The notes beneath the pieces are model-generated. The model was not told the DNA's origin and did not search any database. It saw only the letters and a program-made list of their open reading frames with translations. The position numbers and the translations under genes are program-made. 64,000 nt of DNA from Treponema sp. UBA4377 (GTDB taxonomy: Bacteria; Spirochaetota; Spirochaetia; Treponematales; Treponemataceae), in the NCBI GenBank assembly GCA_002391235.1, contig DGRX01000013.1, forward strand, positions 68,742 through 132,741. The letters run 5' to 3'. Of this stretch, positions 43,009-49,964 are shown one piece after another (position 1 is the stretch's first letter; every line of letters begins with the position of its first letter).

Positions 43009-43020
43009 GCATGATTCGCG

Positions 43021-43040
43021 CATTAAAGTATTACTTTATT
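43021..43040. promoter_or_regulatory. palindromic site s8 (CATTAAAG-tatta-CTTTATT)
   Basis: Rightward TTGACA-N17-TATACT. Confidence 0.6.
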
Positions 43041-43071
43041 GACAACTTCTTCTTTTTGGCTTATACTTAAA

Positions 43072-43140
43072 GAGCCTTGAGTAGACATCTGGGTGGGAAA
43101 ATATATCCCTCTTCCACGTGTCCACTCAAGGCTTTCTTGT
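43072..43140 (+). ncRNA. HP small RNA unit, copy h
   Basis: GCCTTGAGTAG...CCACTCAAGGC followed by TTTCTTG. Confidence 0.45.
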
Positions 43141-43155
43141 TGTGTCAACTTCCCC

Positions 43156-43267
43156 AAAAAAAAACGCTCCCGCCAAAAGGCAGGAGCGAATGCCGTTAGA
43201 GGGCAGCGCTCCTCTGTCGCAGAATCCCGAAGGAAACACCGCAGTGGCTATCTCTGACGTAAACGAC
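43156..43267 (-). ncRNA. empty-cassette transcript T2 (promoter, conserved leader, conserved tail, terminator, no ORF)
   Basis: TATAAT at 43279..43274. Leader GTCGTTTACGTCAGAGATAGCCACTGCGG. Tail identical to the 3' end of 46536..47183. Terminator CGCTCCTGCC-TTTT-GGCGGGAGCG plus T9. Confidence 0.5.
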
Positions 43268-43299
43268 AAGCGTATTATAGCGCAAGAGCGGGAAGCGCG

Positions 43300-43319
43300 C
43301 ATTAAAGTTGCGCTTTAAT
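43300..43319. promoter_or_regulatory. palindromic site s9 (CATTAAAG-ttgcg-CTTTAAT)
   Basis: Contains the TAA stop of 43315..44022; provides the -35 region for T2. Confidence 0.6.
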
Positions 43320-44022
43320 TTGCCGCCTCTTTTGCTTTGCGATAGGAATCCAAAAGCTCGTACATCGCTTCGTTCGCGGCCCATCGAAAGATGGATCCGA
43401 TTTCGTCATAATCAATGGAATTTCTAAAATAGTCAGGCGATTCAATGAGAAATCCCGCTTGGCAGCCCGCTTGGTAACTGCATTCGCCGCCGCACAGGTC
43501 AAACAAGTCCTCGTCGCAATCCGCGCAATGCTTGTAGCAAGGATTGGCGCCGTTTTCCAAAAGTTCCTTTGCCGCCTTAAAATCCATTCTCTTAACGGCG
43601 ACATTCAAGTCCAAGTCGATTTTCCTCGCTCCGTTGGAAATGAAGTCGCTTTTCTTGCCCTCAAGAATTTCTTCGTCGCTTTCATCTTCGCGCGCCCATA
43701 ACGCAGGGGGAATCTTTGAAAATGGAATTTCTATCGCGTTAATTCCTTTTTTTTCTTTGATGAGGGAAAGAATTTTTTTTGCGTTTTCATAGTTTGGGCG
43801 CGTTATTTGAGCGAATGGCTCGCGAAAATCTTGCCAAAAGCAAATCTCCCAGCAACGGCTTATGTACTGAATGGGAATTGGAATCCCAAAATATTTTTCC
43901 ATGCCTATGTCGGAAAAAACGCCGTCGTTGTACGCGCCCGATTCCAATAATTCTTTTGCTTTTTCATATTCGTTGAACACGACAGCCAACACGAGCGGGT
44001 CTTTAAAAAAATATCTTTCCAT
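43315..44022 (-). CDS. hypothetical protein (weak ankyrin-like repeats)
   Basis: 235 aa, GGAGGA RBS; repeated KAKELLESGA / AAKELLENGANP segments. Confidence 0.55.
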   Translation of the reverse strand: MERYFFKDPLVLAVVFNEYEKAKELLESGAYNDGVFSDIGMEKYFGIPIPIQYISRCWEICFWQDFREPFAQITRPNYENAKKILSLIKEKKGINAIEIPFSKIPPALWAREDESDEEILEGKKSDFISNGARKIDLDLNVAVKRMDFKAAKELLENGANPCYKHCADCDEDLFDLCGGECSYQAGCQAGFLIESPDYFRNSIDYDEIGSIFRWAANEAMYELLDSYRKAKEAAN

Positions 44023-44071
44023 AATAGCATCCTCCGCAGGTTATGATTGTAGCGCAAGAGCGGAAAGCGTG

Positions 44072-44091
44072 CATTAAAGCCATACTTTAAT
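44072..44091. promoter_or_regulatory. palindromic site s10 (CATTAAAG-ccata-CTTTAAT)
   Basis: Leftward TACAAT promoter for 43315..44022. Confidence 0.6.
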
Positions 44092-44103
44092 TATTACGGA
44101 GGC

Positions 44104-44176
44104 GGAAAAAAGAAGCCTTGAATGGTCAAATAGAAGACGGCTCTTATTACCGAATCAAATGACTATTCAAGGCTCC
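44104..44176 (-). ncRNA. HP small RNA unit, copy j (the only minus-strand copy)
   Basis: Minus-strand TTGACA (44208..44203), N17, TAGATT (44185..44180). Hairpin GCCTTGAATAG...CCATTCAAGGC followed by TTCTTTTTT. Confidence 0.5.
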
Positions 44177-44241
44177 TAAAATCTAATTCAAAAACAAGGC
44201 ATTGTCAATAAAAGCAAGCGGTCTTTTTCCAACTTGGCGGC

Positions 44242-44640
44242 TTAGTAGCCGTAGCCATAATTGTTGGGGGGATTTTGCTGAGGTCGTTTCTTGCGCTTAA
44301 AAATCATTTCTAAAGAAGCACCGCCAGCGAACGCAGTAATTCCTGCTAACTCCCAGCCCTGTTCTCCAAGTTGGTTCATTCTTTCTTGGGTTACTTTAGT
44401 AACTTCTTCAGACATATACTCCCATTTGGTCAACTCTTCCTCTTCCATTCTTCTTCTCGCGGCCGCGTCCTGCGCGGCCATTCTCTCGTTCTCGGCCTTT
44501 ATCTTTTCCGCCTCGGCGTTGAGCCTCGCGGTCTCGGCGCGGATCTTCTCGATTTCTCCGCCTGGTTCGACGCCCGTCTTTCCGCCTTCGACGGCGCGCG
44601 GCCGCGGCAAGTCGCTAAAAATGTCAAATTCGACGCTCAT
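44242..44640 (-). CDS. DUF4177-like protein with an N-terminal coiled coil
   Basis: C-terminal WEYMSEEV...MNQLGEQGWELAGI matches the DUF4177 pattern. Confidence 0.55.
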   Translation of the reverse strand: MSVEFDIFSDLPRPRAVEGGKTGVEPGGEIEKIRAETARLNAEAEKIKAENERMAAQDAAARRRMEEEELTKWEYMSEEVTKVTQERMNQLGEQGWELAGITAFAGGASLEMIFKRKKRPQQNPPNNYGYGY

Positions 44641-44691
44641 GCGCCCCCTCCTTGTTTCCTTAAAAAATTCTAAGCCATGCCGCCAATTTTG

Positions 44692-45096
44692 TCAAGCGAC
44701 TTGGCAAAGTTTTTTAAGTTCCTTGCTAGTCCAAGCCATAATGGTGTTTAGGCTCTTTAAAGCCTTTTTAGTTTTTGCCAAAGAGCTTTTACCGCCGCCT
44801 GGGTAGATTGAGTCCGGGCCGTATGCATTCAAGTCGGCGCAAGCCGCAAGAACTTTTGCCGGGACAGTGGAACGCTTCGCCCGCAGTTTTATTAAGCGCG
44901 ACAAGTCATGGCTTTCGCCAAATTTTATTCCGAAAGCGGTTAGCAAGGCTTTTAAATGTTTTTCCGCGGCTTGCTGACAATCAAAGCATATTATCTTCAA
45001 TGGAGGCGGAGTCATGCTTTGAAAAAGATGGAGCGCGCTGTCATAGTCGCGTTTTGCGTATTCCAACCATTCCTTTACATGCGTTTCGGCTTTCAT
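44692..45096 (-). CDS. HEPN-domain protein (orphan; no adjacent nucleotidyltransferase gene)
   Basis: WLEYAKRDYDSALHL...QQAAEKHLKALL...ESHDLSRL is typical of the HEPN partner of MNT-HEPN pairs. Confidence 0.65.
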   Translation of the reverse strand: MKAETHVKEWLEYAKRDYDSALHLFQSMTPPPLKIICFDCQQAAEKHLKALLTAFGIKFGESHDLSRLIKLRAKRSTVPAKVLAACADLNAYGPDSIYPGGGKSSLAKTKKALKSLNTIMAWTSKELKKLCQVA

Positions 45097-45146
45097 GCTT
45101 CTTTATGTTCTCCTAAATTGATTGTATGATGAATGCTCCGTTTTGT

Positions 45147-45166
45147 CATTAAAGTATTACTTTATT
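45147..45166. promoter_or_regulatory. palindromic site s11 (CATTAAAG-tatta-CTTTATT)
   Basis: Leftward TACAAT-like promoter for the HEPN gene. Rightward TTGACA (45165..45170), N17, TACACT (45188..45193). Confidence 0.6.
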
Positions 45167-45197
45167 GACAACTTCTTCTTTTTGGCTTACACTTAAA

Positions 45198-45266
45198 GAG
45201 CCTTGAGTGGTCAATCATGGGGGCAATAGTAGCCCTCTTTCGTTTGTCCATTCAAGGCTTTTTTGT
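45198..45266 (+). ncRNA. HP small RNA unit, copy k
   Basis: GCCTTGAGTGG...CCATTCAAGGC followed by TTTTTTG; inner stem GGGGGC-AATAGTA-GCCCTC contains a G-U pair. Confidence 0.5.
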
Positions 45267-45437
45267 TTTAATTGACAAATAATTTTTTCTTGTGATATAT
45301 TTTTTGAAAGAGCTTTAAAAAAAAGACCGCCACGTTCCCTAGCACTGCAAAAAGCAGGAGAAAGGATTGCGTGGCTTACATAAGCATTATATGCGATATT
45401 AGTATAAAAGTCAAGGACAGATTTTTATTGGAATAAT

Positions 45438-45884
45438 GTGATTCCGCTTTCACAGTCAGAAGTCGCGATGCTTAACGACGCCCAGCTTAAAATGAAGCGA
45501 AATGGCAAAAAATATAGCCACGGCCGCCTTGTCGCTGAACTTACTTTGGGATTTTGGGTTGCCCTTATGGGAAGAAAATATAACACTCAAGCCTTTCAGT
45601 TTGCCATAATAAAGCGCTGTCTTCACGGCTGTCCGGCAAATCAAAAGAAATCCAGCGCCGTTCAAAAAAATTTGTCGGAAATTAGATTTTTAAGAAATCG
45701 AATCGCCCATCACGAACGAATTTCACATTGGAAAGATTTAAAACAGAAACATGACTTGCTTTTGGATTTTACATTTTGGCTGAACAAGGACATGCATAAA
45801 ATCGCCGTGGACCATGATTCCTTTAATGATGTTTATAACACTGGCATCGCGCCGTTCCTTGATTTCGTTGAGAATGAATTATAG
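45438..45884 (+). pseudogene. Abi-like protein (Abi_2/AbiD-F family), N-terminally truncated
   Basis: C-terminal LSEIRFLRNRIAHHERI HEPN-type motif. Only 148 codons from a GTG, which looks N-terminally truncated; no RBS seen. Confidence 0.5.
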
Positions 45885-45926
45885 CCCAAACTCTTACCTA
45901 AAAACGGCGCTTTAATAACAAAAAAA

Positions 45927-46010
45927 CGTTGTTGCGGCGGGGGTCGAACCCGCAATACGAACTTTATTGCGTAAAGTTTCCTCTACCGCGTTGAGGGCAT
46001 CGCAACAACG
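45927..46010 (-). ncRNA. tRNA-mimic element TL2
   Basis: 10-bp stem CGTTGTTGCG/CGCAACAACG, linker ATGC, D arm CCTC-AACGCGGTA-GAGG, 6-7 bp anticodon-like stem, T arm GCGGG-TTCGACC-CCCGC, then TTTTTTT. Confidence 0.55.
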
Positions 46011-46106
46011 GGAAGCGGCGGAAACCGTAACGACGGTAAACGCCGTTACAGCTACAAGCCTGAGCGCTCTCGTTTCCGCGGACAGACGGGTGCCGCCATT
46101 GCTTCC
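46011..46106 (-). ncRNA. 3WJ element, copy v3 (directly 5' of TL2 on the minus strand)
   Basis: Hairpin P3 is CTGTAAC/GTTACGG (a U-G pair on the minus strand). Confidence 0.5.
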
Positions 46107-46248
46107 AAAAACTCAAAACAAGCCGGATTAATTCCGACTGCCCCAAGCAAGATTCCATTGGTAAACTTGAATCTCAGAAACAATATCTGAGGCAGAGATT
46201 TACTGACAATGGAATTAATTAATTATATAGCATGGATGCGATTCTTGT

Positions 46249-46268
46249 CATTAAAGTATTACTTTATT
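46249..46268. promoter_or_regulatory. palindromic site s12 (CATTAAAG-tatta-CTTTATT)
   Basis: Leftward TATATAAT promoter reads towards v3/TL2; rightward TTGACA-N17-TATATT. Confidence 0.6.
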
Positions 46269-46301
46269 GACAACATATTCTTTTTGGCTTATATTCTTGA
46301 C

Positions 46302-46387
46302 TGTCCGATCGGGGGCAAGCGTTATTTTGCGGTTGCTCAAGATTGGGCGGTAAAGGCTTGTCCGAAAGGGCAAGCCGGATTTTTTTA
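46302..46387 (+). ncRNA. small transcript unit, variant of the HP family
   Basis: Promoter as in the HP copies but a different body. Terminator GGCTTGTCC-GAAA-GGGCAAGCC plus T7; the same terminator recurs at about 49308..49345. Confidence 0.4.
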
Positions 46388-46449
46388 AACGGAAGCGGTG
46401 GATTTTGTCATTGCTAAAAAAACGCTCCCGCCAAAAGGCAGGAGCGAAT

Positions 46450-46529
46450 GCCGTTGAAGTTCGCCACATTTCCTCAGCCGCCGGACAACGATTGTCCGAC
46501 CCGCAGCAGGCATCTCTACATTAAACGGC
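46450..46529. repeat. about 80-bp structured repeat, second copy
   Basis: See 25561..25641. Confidence 0.55.
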
Positions 46530-46535
46530 GCGTCG

Positions 46536-47183
46536 TTAGAGGGCAGCGCTCCTCTGTCGCAGAATCCCATCAAGTCGCAAAAGCTCAAAGCCGTTGGCGT
46601 CCATGCAAACATTCTTGTAGCGCGACGGATTGACTTTGCGCTTTGGAAAGCTTTTGTTCCAGTCGTTCATAAAATAATTTTCGGTCACAAAAGTTTGGTG
46701 CGTGTGGCCGTGAATATTTGCGCATGCGCTCTTCTTGTCCAAAAAGACAGGCTCGTGCGACAAGACATAATCGCCAAAAAGCAGCGGCCCCTTGTAAACG
46801 TTGTCAAAGCCAAGACTCTTGTAGAATTCGATAAAAGTTGTGAAAGGCCGCTTGTCGTTCATAAAGTCGTGGTTTCCAAGAATCAAATTCATCTTGCGGT
46901 TCATTTTCATCCGCATCACGGCGTTCATGATTTTTGACCGCTCCATTTTTGCGTTCAAATACACGTCGCCAAAATTCCAAATCAAGCAGTCGTCGGGGAG
47001 CGCGTCGAATTTCTTTAGCAAGAACTCCGTCATCTCCGCGCAGCCTTTTGGCGAATAGTCAAACGGGCGGCCGCAATATTTGATTATGTTCGTGTGGAAC
47101 AAGTGCAAGTCGCTTGTGATGAAAATCTTTTCCGGCGGATAGCCCAGCGTAAATTCTTCTTTTGTCAGCCGCTTGTAGTCCAT
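46536..47183 (-). CDS. calcineurin-like metallophosphoesterase (paralog of 27029..27676)
   Basis: Start at MDYKRLTKEEF directly after TATAAT. Motifs SDLHLFH, FGDVY, GNHD, HGHTH. The last 10 codons (GILRQRSAAL) are encoded by the shared cassette-tail repeat. Confidence 0.75.
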   Translation of the reverse strand: MDYKRLTKEEFTLGYPPEKIFITSDLHLFHTNIIKYCGRPFDYSPKGCAEMTEFLLKKFDALPDDCLIWNFGDVYLNAKMERSKIMNAVMRMKMNRKMNLILGNHDFMNDKRPFTTFIEFYKSLGFDNVYKGPLLFGDYVLSHEPVFLDKKSACANIHGHTHQTFVTENYFMNDWNKSFPKRKVNPSRYKNVCMDANGFELLRLDGILRQRSAAL

Positions 47184-47218
47184 AGCGGCGTTATTATAGC
47201 GCAGGAGACGGAAGAGCG

Positions 47219-47238
47219 CATTAAAGCCGCGCTTTAAT
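47219..47238. promoter_or_regulatory. palindromic site s13 (CATTAAAG-ccgcg-CTTTAAT)
   Basis: Leftward ATGCGC-N17-TATAAT, 9 nt before the ATG at 47183. Confidence 0.6.
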
Positions 47239-47248
47239 GAAAAAAAAC

Positions 47249-47345
47249 GGAAGCGGCGGAAACCGTAACGACGGTAAACGCGCGTTACGGCTACAAGCCT
47301 GAGCGCTCTCGTCTCCGCGGACAGGCGGGTGCCGCCATTGCTTCC
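47249..47345 (-). ncRNA. 3WJ element, copy v4
   Basis: P3 is CCGTAAC/GTTACGG; followed on the minus strand by GTTTTTTTT. Confidence 0.5.
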
Positions 47346-47444
47346 AAAAGACGCGGAAAACAAGACCGCGCTTTTATTGGACAGGATACAACAAGCGCTA
47401 TCTCTCGCCCAACAATTTTATTATAATGCAAAAACGGTTTTTGT

Positions 47445-47464
47445 CATTAAAGTTGTACTTTAAT
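47445..47464. promoter_or_regulatory. palindromic site s14 (CATTAAAG-ttgta-CTTTAAT)
   Basis: Leftward ATGACA-N16-TATAAT promoter. Confidence 0.6.
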
Positions 47465-47470
47465 TTGTTG

Positions 47471-48523
47471 TCAGTATGGAACGAAAGTCAACTCGTTCGT
47501 CGCCACGGTGAAAAGGCTTTGTAGCGCCGCTGACATGGAAGTGTCCGTTGTCGTTCCGCTTGAGTTTGTCGTGGTTTCGCTTGACACTAAAGTCCACTTC
47601 ATTTGCTGCGCGGTTCCGGAGACTTCGAAAACGTCGGAAATCGACACGTAGTTGCCGCCGCTGTTGTCTATTTTGAATTTTATTGTTATTCGAGAGCCGC
47701 TCATCGTCGCCTTGCAGTTGGTGTAAAGGCCGGAGGCGCTTCCGCCTTTGAACATGTTGAAAGAACTGTCGCTATTTATCTTCAAGTACGTTCCGCTTTG
47801 CGCTTCCCCTTGTTTTTTCCAAGAGCCCACGACGGAGAAACTGGGGCTTTGTCCGCCGGACGAGCCGCCGGAAGAAGCGTCGAAGGTTATGGAATAAGTT
47901 TCCGAAAAGATGGGAGATGAATCCTTCAAGTCTCCGCGGACGAACATCGCCTCGATTTTTCCCTCCGAAGTTTTTCTTAAAGCAAGAGCTTTGACATAAG
48001 GATTGCTTCTTGACGTGGGGCTGTTTTTGTTCGTTATGACTTCGTAGAGACAGGCGTCGGTCGCGTGGAAATTTCTTCCGGGTCCGGACATGAGCGTCGC
48101 GACGGCCGAATTCAAGTCTTGCGAGAGGTCGGGATGAAGCGCGACCGCCTCGTTCGTCGCCGCGTTTAGAGTTGAAACGCCTTTCCAATTGTTCAAAAGG
48201 TGGCTGTACTGTCCTGTTTGAATGGTCTTAGCGTCGGCGTAGAACACTCCTCCCGAATAGCCTTTGAACTCTCCGTCCGCCGCGAAAGTAAGCGTCGCTT
48301 TCTCCGAGTCGATGACTAGGGTGTTGGTCTTTCCCTGCGAGTCGATTTTGGTCCACGTTCCGGCCATCGCGATGTATTTTGTCTTTGCGGCCGCTGCCGC
48401 CAAGTCGGCTTCGCTTTGTCCGCCGCCACCTCCACCGCCAGAAGCGTTGGAACATCCAGCCAATGTCAATGCCGCTGCAGCCGCAATAGCGGCGATTTTG
48501 CGCCGCGCAAAAATTTTCTTCAT
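47471..48523 (-). CDS. lipoprotein with a Gly-rich linker, function unknown
   Basis: Start at MKKIFARRK (AAGGAG upstream), lipobox LTLAGCS followed by GGGGGG. Confidence 0.6.
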   Translation of the reverse strand: MKKIFARRKIAAIAAAAALTLAGCSNASGGGGGGGQSEADLAAAAAKTKYIAMAGTWTKIDSQGKTNTLVIDSEKATLTFAADGEFKGYSGGVFYADAKTIQTGQYSHLLNNWKGVSTLNAATNEAVALHPDLSQDLNSAVATLMSGPGRNFHATDACLYEVITNKNSPTSRSNPYVKALALRKTSEGKIEAMFVRGDLKDSSPIFSETYSITFDASSGGSSGGQSPSFSVVGSWKKQGEAQSGTYLKINSDSSFNMFKGGSASGLYTNCKATMSGSRITIKFKIDNSGGNYVSISDVFEVSGTAQQMKWTLVSSETTTNSSGTTTDTSMSAALQSLFTVATNELTFVPY

Positions 48524-48596
48524 TTTTTTGCTCCTTATTTTTTTTTCTTGTCTCTCAACCGACGGAGAAAAGTATAGAGCAAACAATGGGTTAGCG

Positions 48597-48616
48597 CATT
48601 AAAGTTGTGCTTTAAT
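48597..48616. promoter_or_regulatory. palindromic site s15 (CATTAAAG-ttgtg-CTTTAAT)
   Basis: Upstream of the lipoprotein gene promoter; left boundary of module A. Confidence 0.6.
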
Positions 48617-49060
48617 ACTGTGCCAGTTGAGATGATGCAACGTTGCGCCATCTTGTATTTCTTTCTTAATTGTCAACGGATTCGTTTTTTCCATAGTGCC
48701 TAAAAGTGCCCCAAAAGTGCACTCAAAGTGCCCCAAAAAAAATGTAATGTGGGGCACTCTAAAGCACTATAATAAAAAGAATTAAACGAATTATGGGGCA
48801 CTTTTCTTTATCTTGCCTTTCGGACAAATCACTTGACTATTTCTTCTTAGGGTGTATTTTCATCCTGCCAACTTTTTTTTGCTTGGTACGGACGGCTTTT
48901 GGCTAGCCGGGAGCAGTCCTTGGGTAAAATGACTGACTGGCTCGCAAGATGGCGCAACGTTGCGCCGTCTTAACTGCGAAAATTTTTCTAGGGAAAGCGC
49001 AAACTTTCAGCTTATAAGAACTTAGTTTGCGCTGGTAACCTGAGCCATAATTTTTTTTTC
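48617..49060 (+). repeat. ORF-free module A (iterons AGTGCCCC, flanking 22-24 bp palindromes)
   Basis: Palindromes GATGATGCAACGTTGCGCCATC (48631..48652) and AGATGGCGCAACGTTGCGCCGTCT (48947..48970). Iterons at 48695..48802. Stem AGCGCAAACT/AGTTTGCGCT. Parallel architecture to 49965..50394. Confidence 0.65.
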
Positions 49061-49202
49061 TTGACAAATGGCATATCCATAATTATATTCTAATTAAGCG
49101 AAGAAGTGGGGCGTACGAGCCAAAAAGGTAAATGGCTTTTGGCTTGAGCTCTTCAACGAATTTTCCGACAATGTCTTTTATTTGTATTTTTGCTTCTCTT
49201 GT

Positions 49203-49222
49203 CATTAAAGTTGTTCTTTAAT
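49203..49222. promoter_or_regulatory. palindromic site s16 (CATTAAAG-ttgtt-CTTTAAT)
   Basis: Same left-flank polarity as the other sites. Confidence 0.55.
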
Positions 49223-49369
49223 TATTCAATAAACCATTGACGGAATTATGTTTGCCTGTTACTATATTATCGCTTGAAGAGGAATCAATTTCTTCGCCGA
49301 GTGTTAAAGGCTTGTCCGAAAGGGCAAGCCTGATTTTTTTAAACTGAAGCGGCGGATTTTGTCATTGCT

Positions 49370-49479
49370 AAAAAAACGCTCCCGCCAAAAGGCAGGAGCG
49401 AATGTCGTTAGAGGGCAGCGCTCCTCTGTCGCATAATTCCAATGGAAAAGCCGCAGTGGCTATCTCTGACGTAAACGAC
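49370..49479 (-). ncRNA. empty-cassette transcript T3
   Basis: TATAAT at 49491..49486; same leader, tail and terminator as T2. Confidence 0.5.
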
Positions 49480-49511
49480 AAGCAAATTATAGCGCAAGAT
49501 CGGGGAGAGCG

Positions 49512-49531
49512 CATTAAAGCCGCGCTTTAAT
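49512..49531. promoter_or_regulatory. palindromic site s17 (CATTAAAG-ccgcg-CTTTAAT)
   Basis: Provides the -35 region for T3. Confidence 0.6.
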
Positions 49532-49545
49532 AACATGCGATGCAA

Positions 49546-49764
49546 TCAATGACGGGCAGCTTTTTTTTCTTCTTCCAAATAAGAGCTGATTTTGCGAATT
49601 ATTTTTGCGACGTCGAACTAATCGGGATTTTTTATGGACGCGGAATATTTTTCAGTTTCCACATCAAATGTCAATCGGTATTTTTGGTGAGGAAGGGTGT
49701 CCATTGATTCGACAATCATGGACACATTTCTTCCAGTCCGTTCAATGTTGGTAAGCTTTATCAT
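49546..49764 (-). pseudogene. small ORF with an in-frame TAG (48 plus 23 codons)
   Basis: MIKLTNIERTGRNVSMIVESMDTLPHQKYRLTFDVETEKYSASIKNPD-stop-FDVAKIIRKISSYLEEEKKAARH; TAG at 49620..49618. Confidence 0.4.
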
Positions 49765-49814
49765 GTACGTTTTTGTAAACTTTTCTTTTCACTTTTCTTA
49801 GTGAACATAAAAAC

Positions 49815-49911
49815 GGAAGCGGCAGAAACTATAAATGCGGTGAACGCCAGATATGGCTACAAACCTGAGTTTCACGAAATATACGCTCAGGTGGGTGCTG
49901 CCATTGCTTCC
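49815..49911 (-). ncRNA. 3WJ element, copy v6
   Basis: TATAAT (49923..49918) lies 7 nt before the first G; followed on the minus strand by GTTTTTAT. Confidence 0.5.
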
Positions 49912-49944
49912 AAAAATATTATAGCGCTCGTCTTTAGCGCTTGT

Positions 49945-49964
49945 CATTAAAGTTGTGCTTTAAT
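49945..49964. promoter_or_regulatory. palindromic site s18 (CATTAAAG-ttgtg-CTTTAAT)
   Basis: Supplies ATGACA-N18-TATAAT for v6; left boundary of module B. Confidence 0.6.

Noticed and set aside
48791-48905. 37-codon hydrophobic ORF in module A (MGHFSLSCLSDKSLDYFFLGCIFILPTFFCLVRTAFG) as a type I toxin
   Set aside because: In module B the ATG is shifted by 4 nt, so the conserved 43-nt block is read in a different frame and stops after 15 codons. No RBS is present. Conservation is therefore at the DNA/RNA level, not the peptide level.
23319-49964. Classical integron (IntI plus an attC cassette array), as known from Treponema denticola
   Set aside because: The integrase has an arm-binding-type N-terminus and sits at a tRNA with att repeats, like an island or phage integrase. 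It reads towards the array rather than away from it. The recurring sites are 19-20 bp perfect palindromes fused to promoters. I see no R''/R' (RYYYAAC / GTTRRRY) boxes, and the cassettes are in mixed orientation. The resemblance in organisation is kept as a finding, but the element is not called an integron. IntegronFinder would settle this.
25231-49964. CRISPR array
   Set aside because: The repeats are irregularly spaced, from 0.2 to 5 kb, and belong to several unrelated families. The intervening segments are genes or structured elements rather than 30-40 bp spacers. No cas genes are present.
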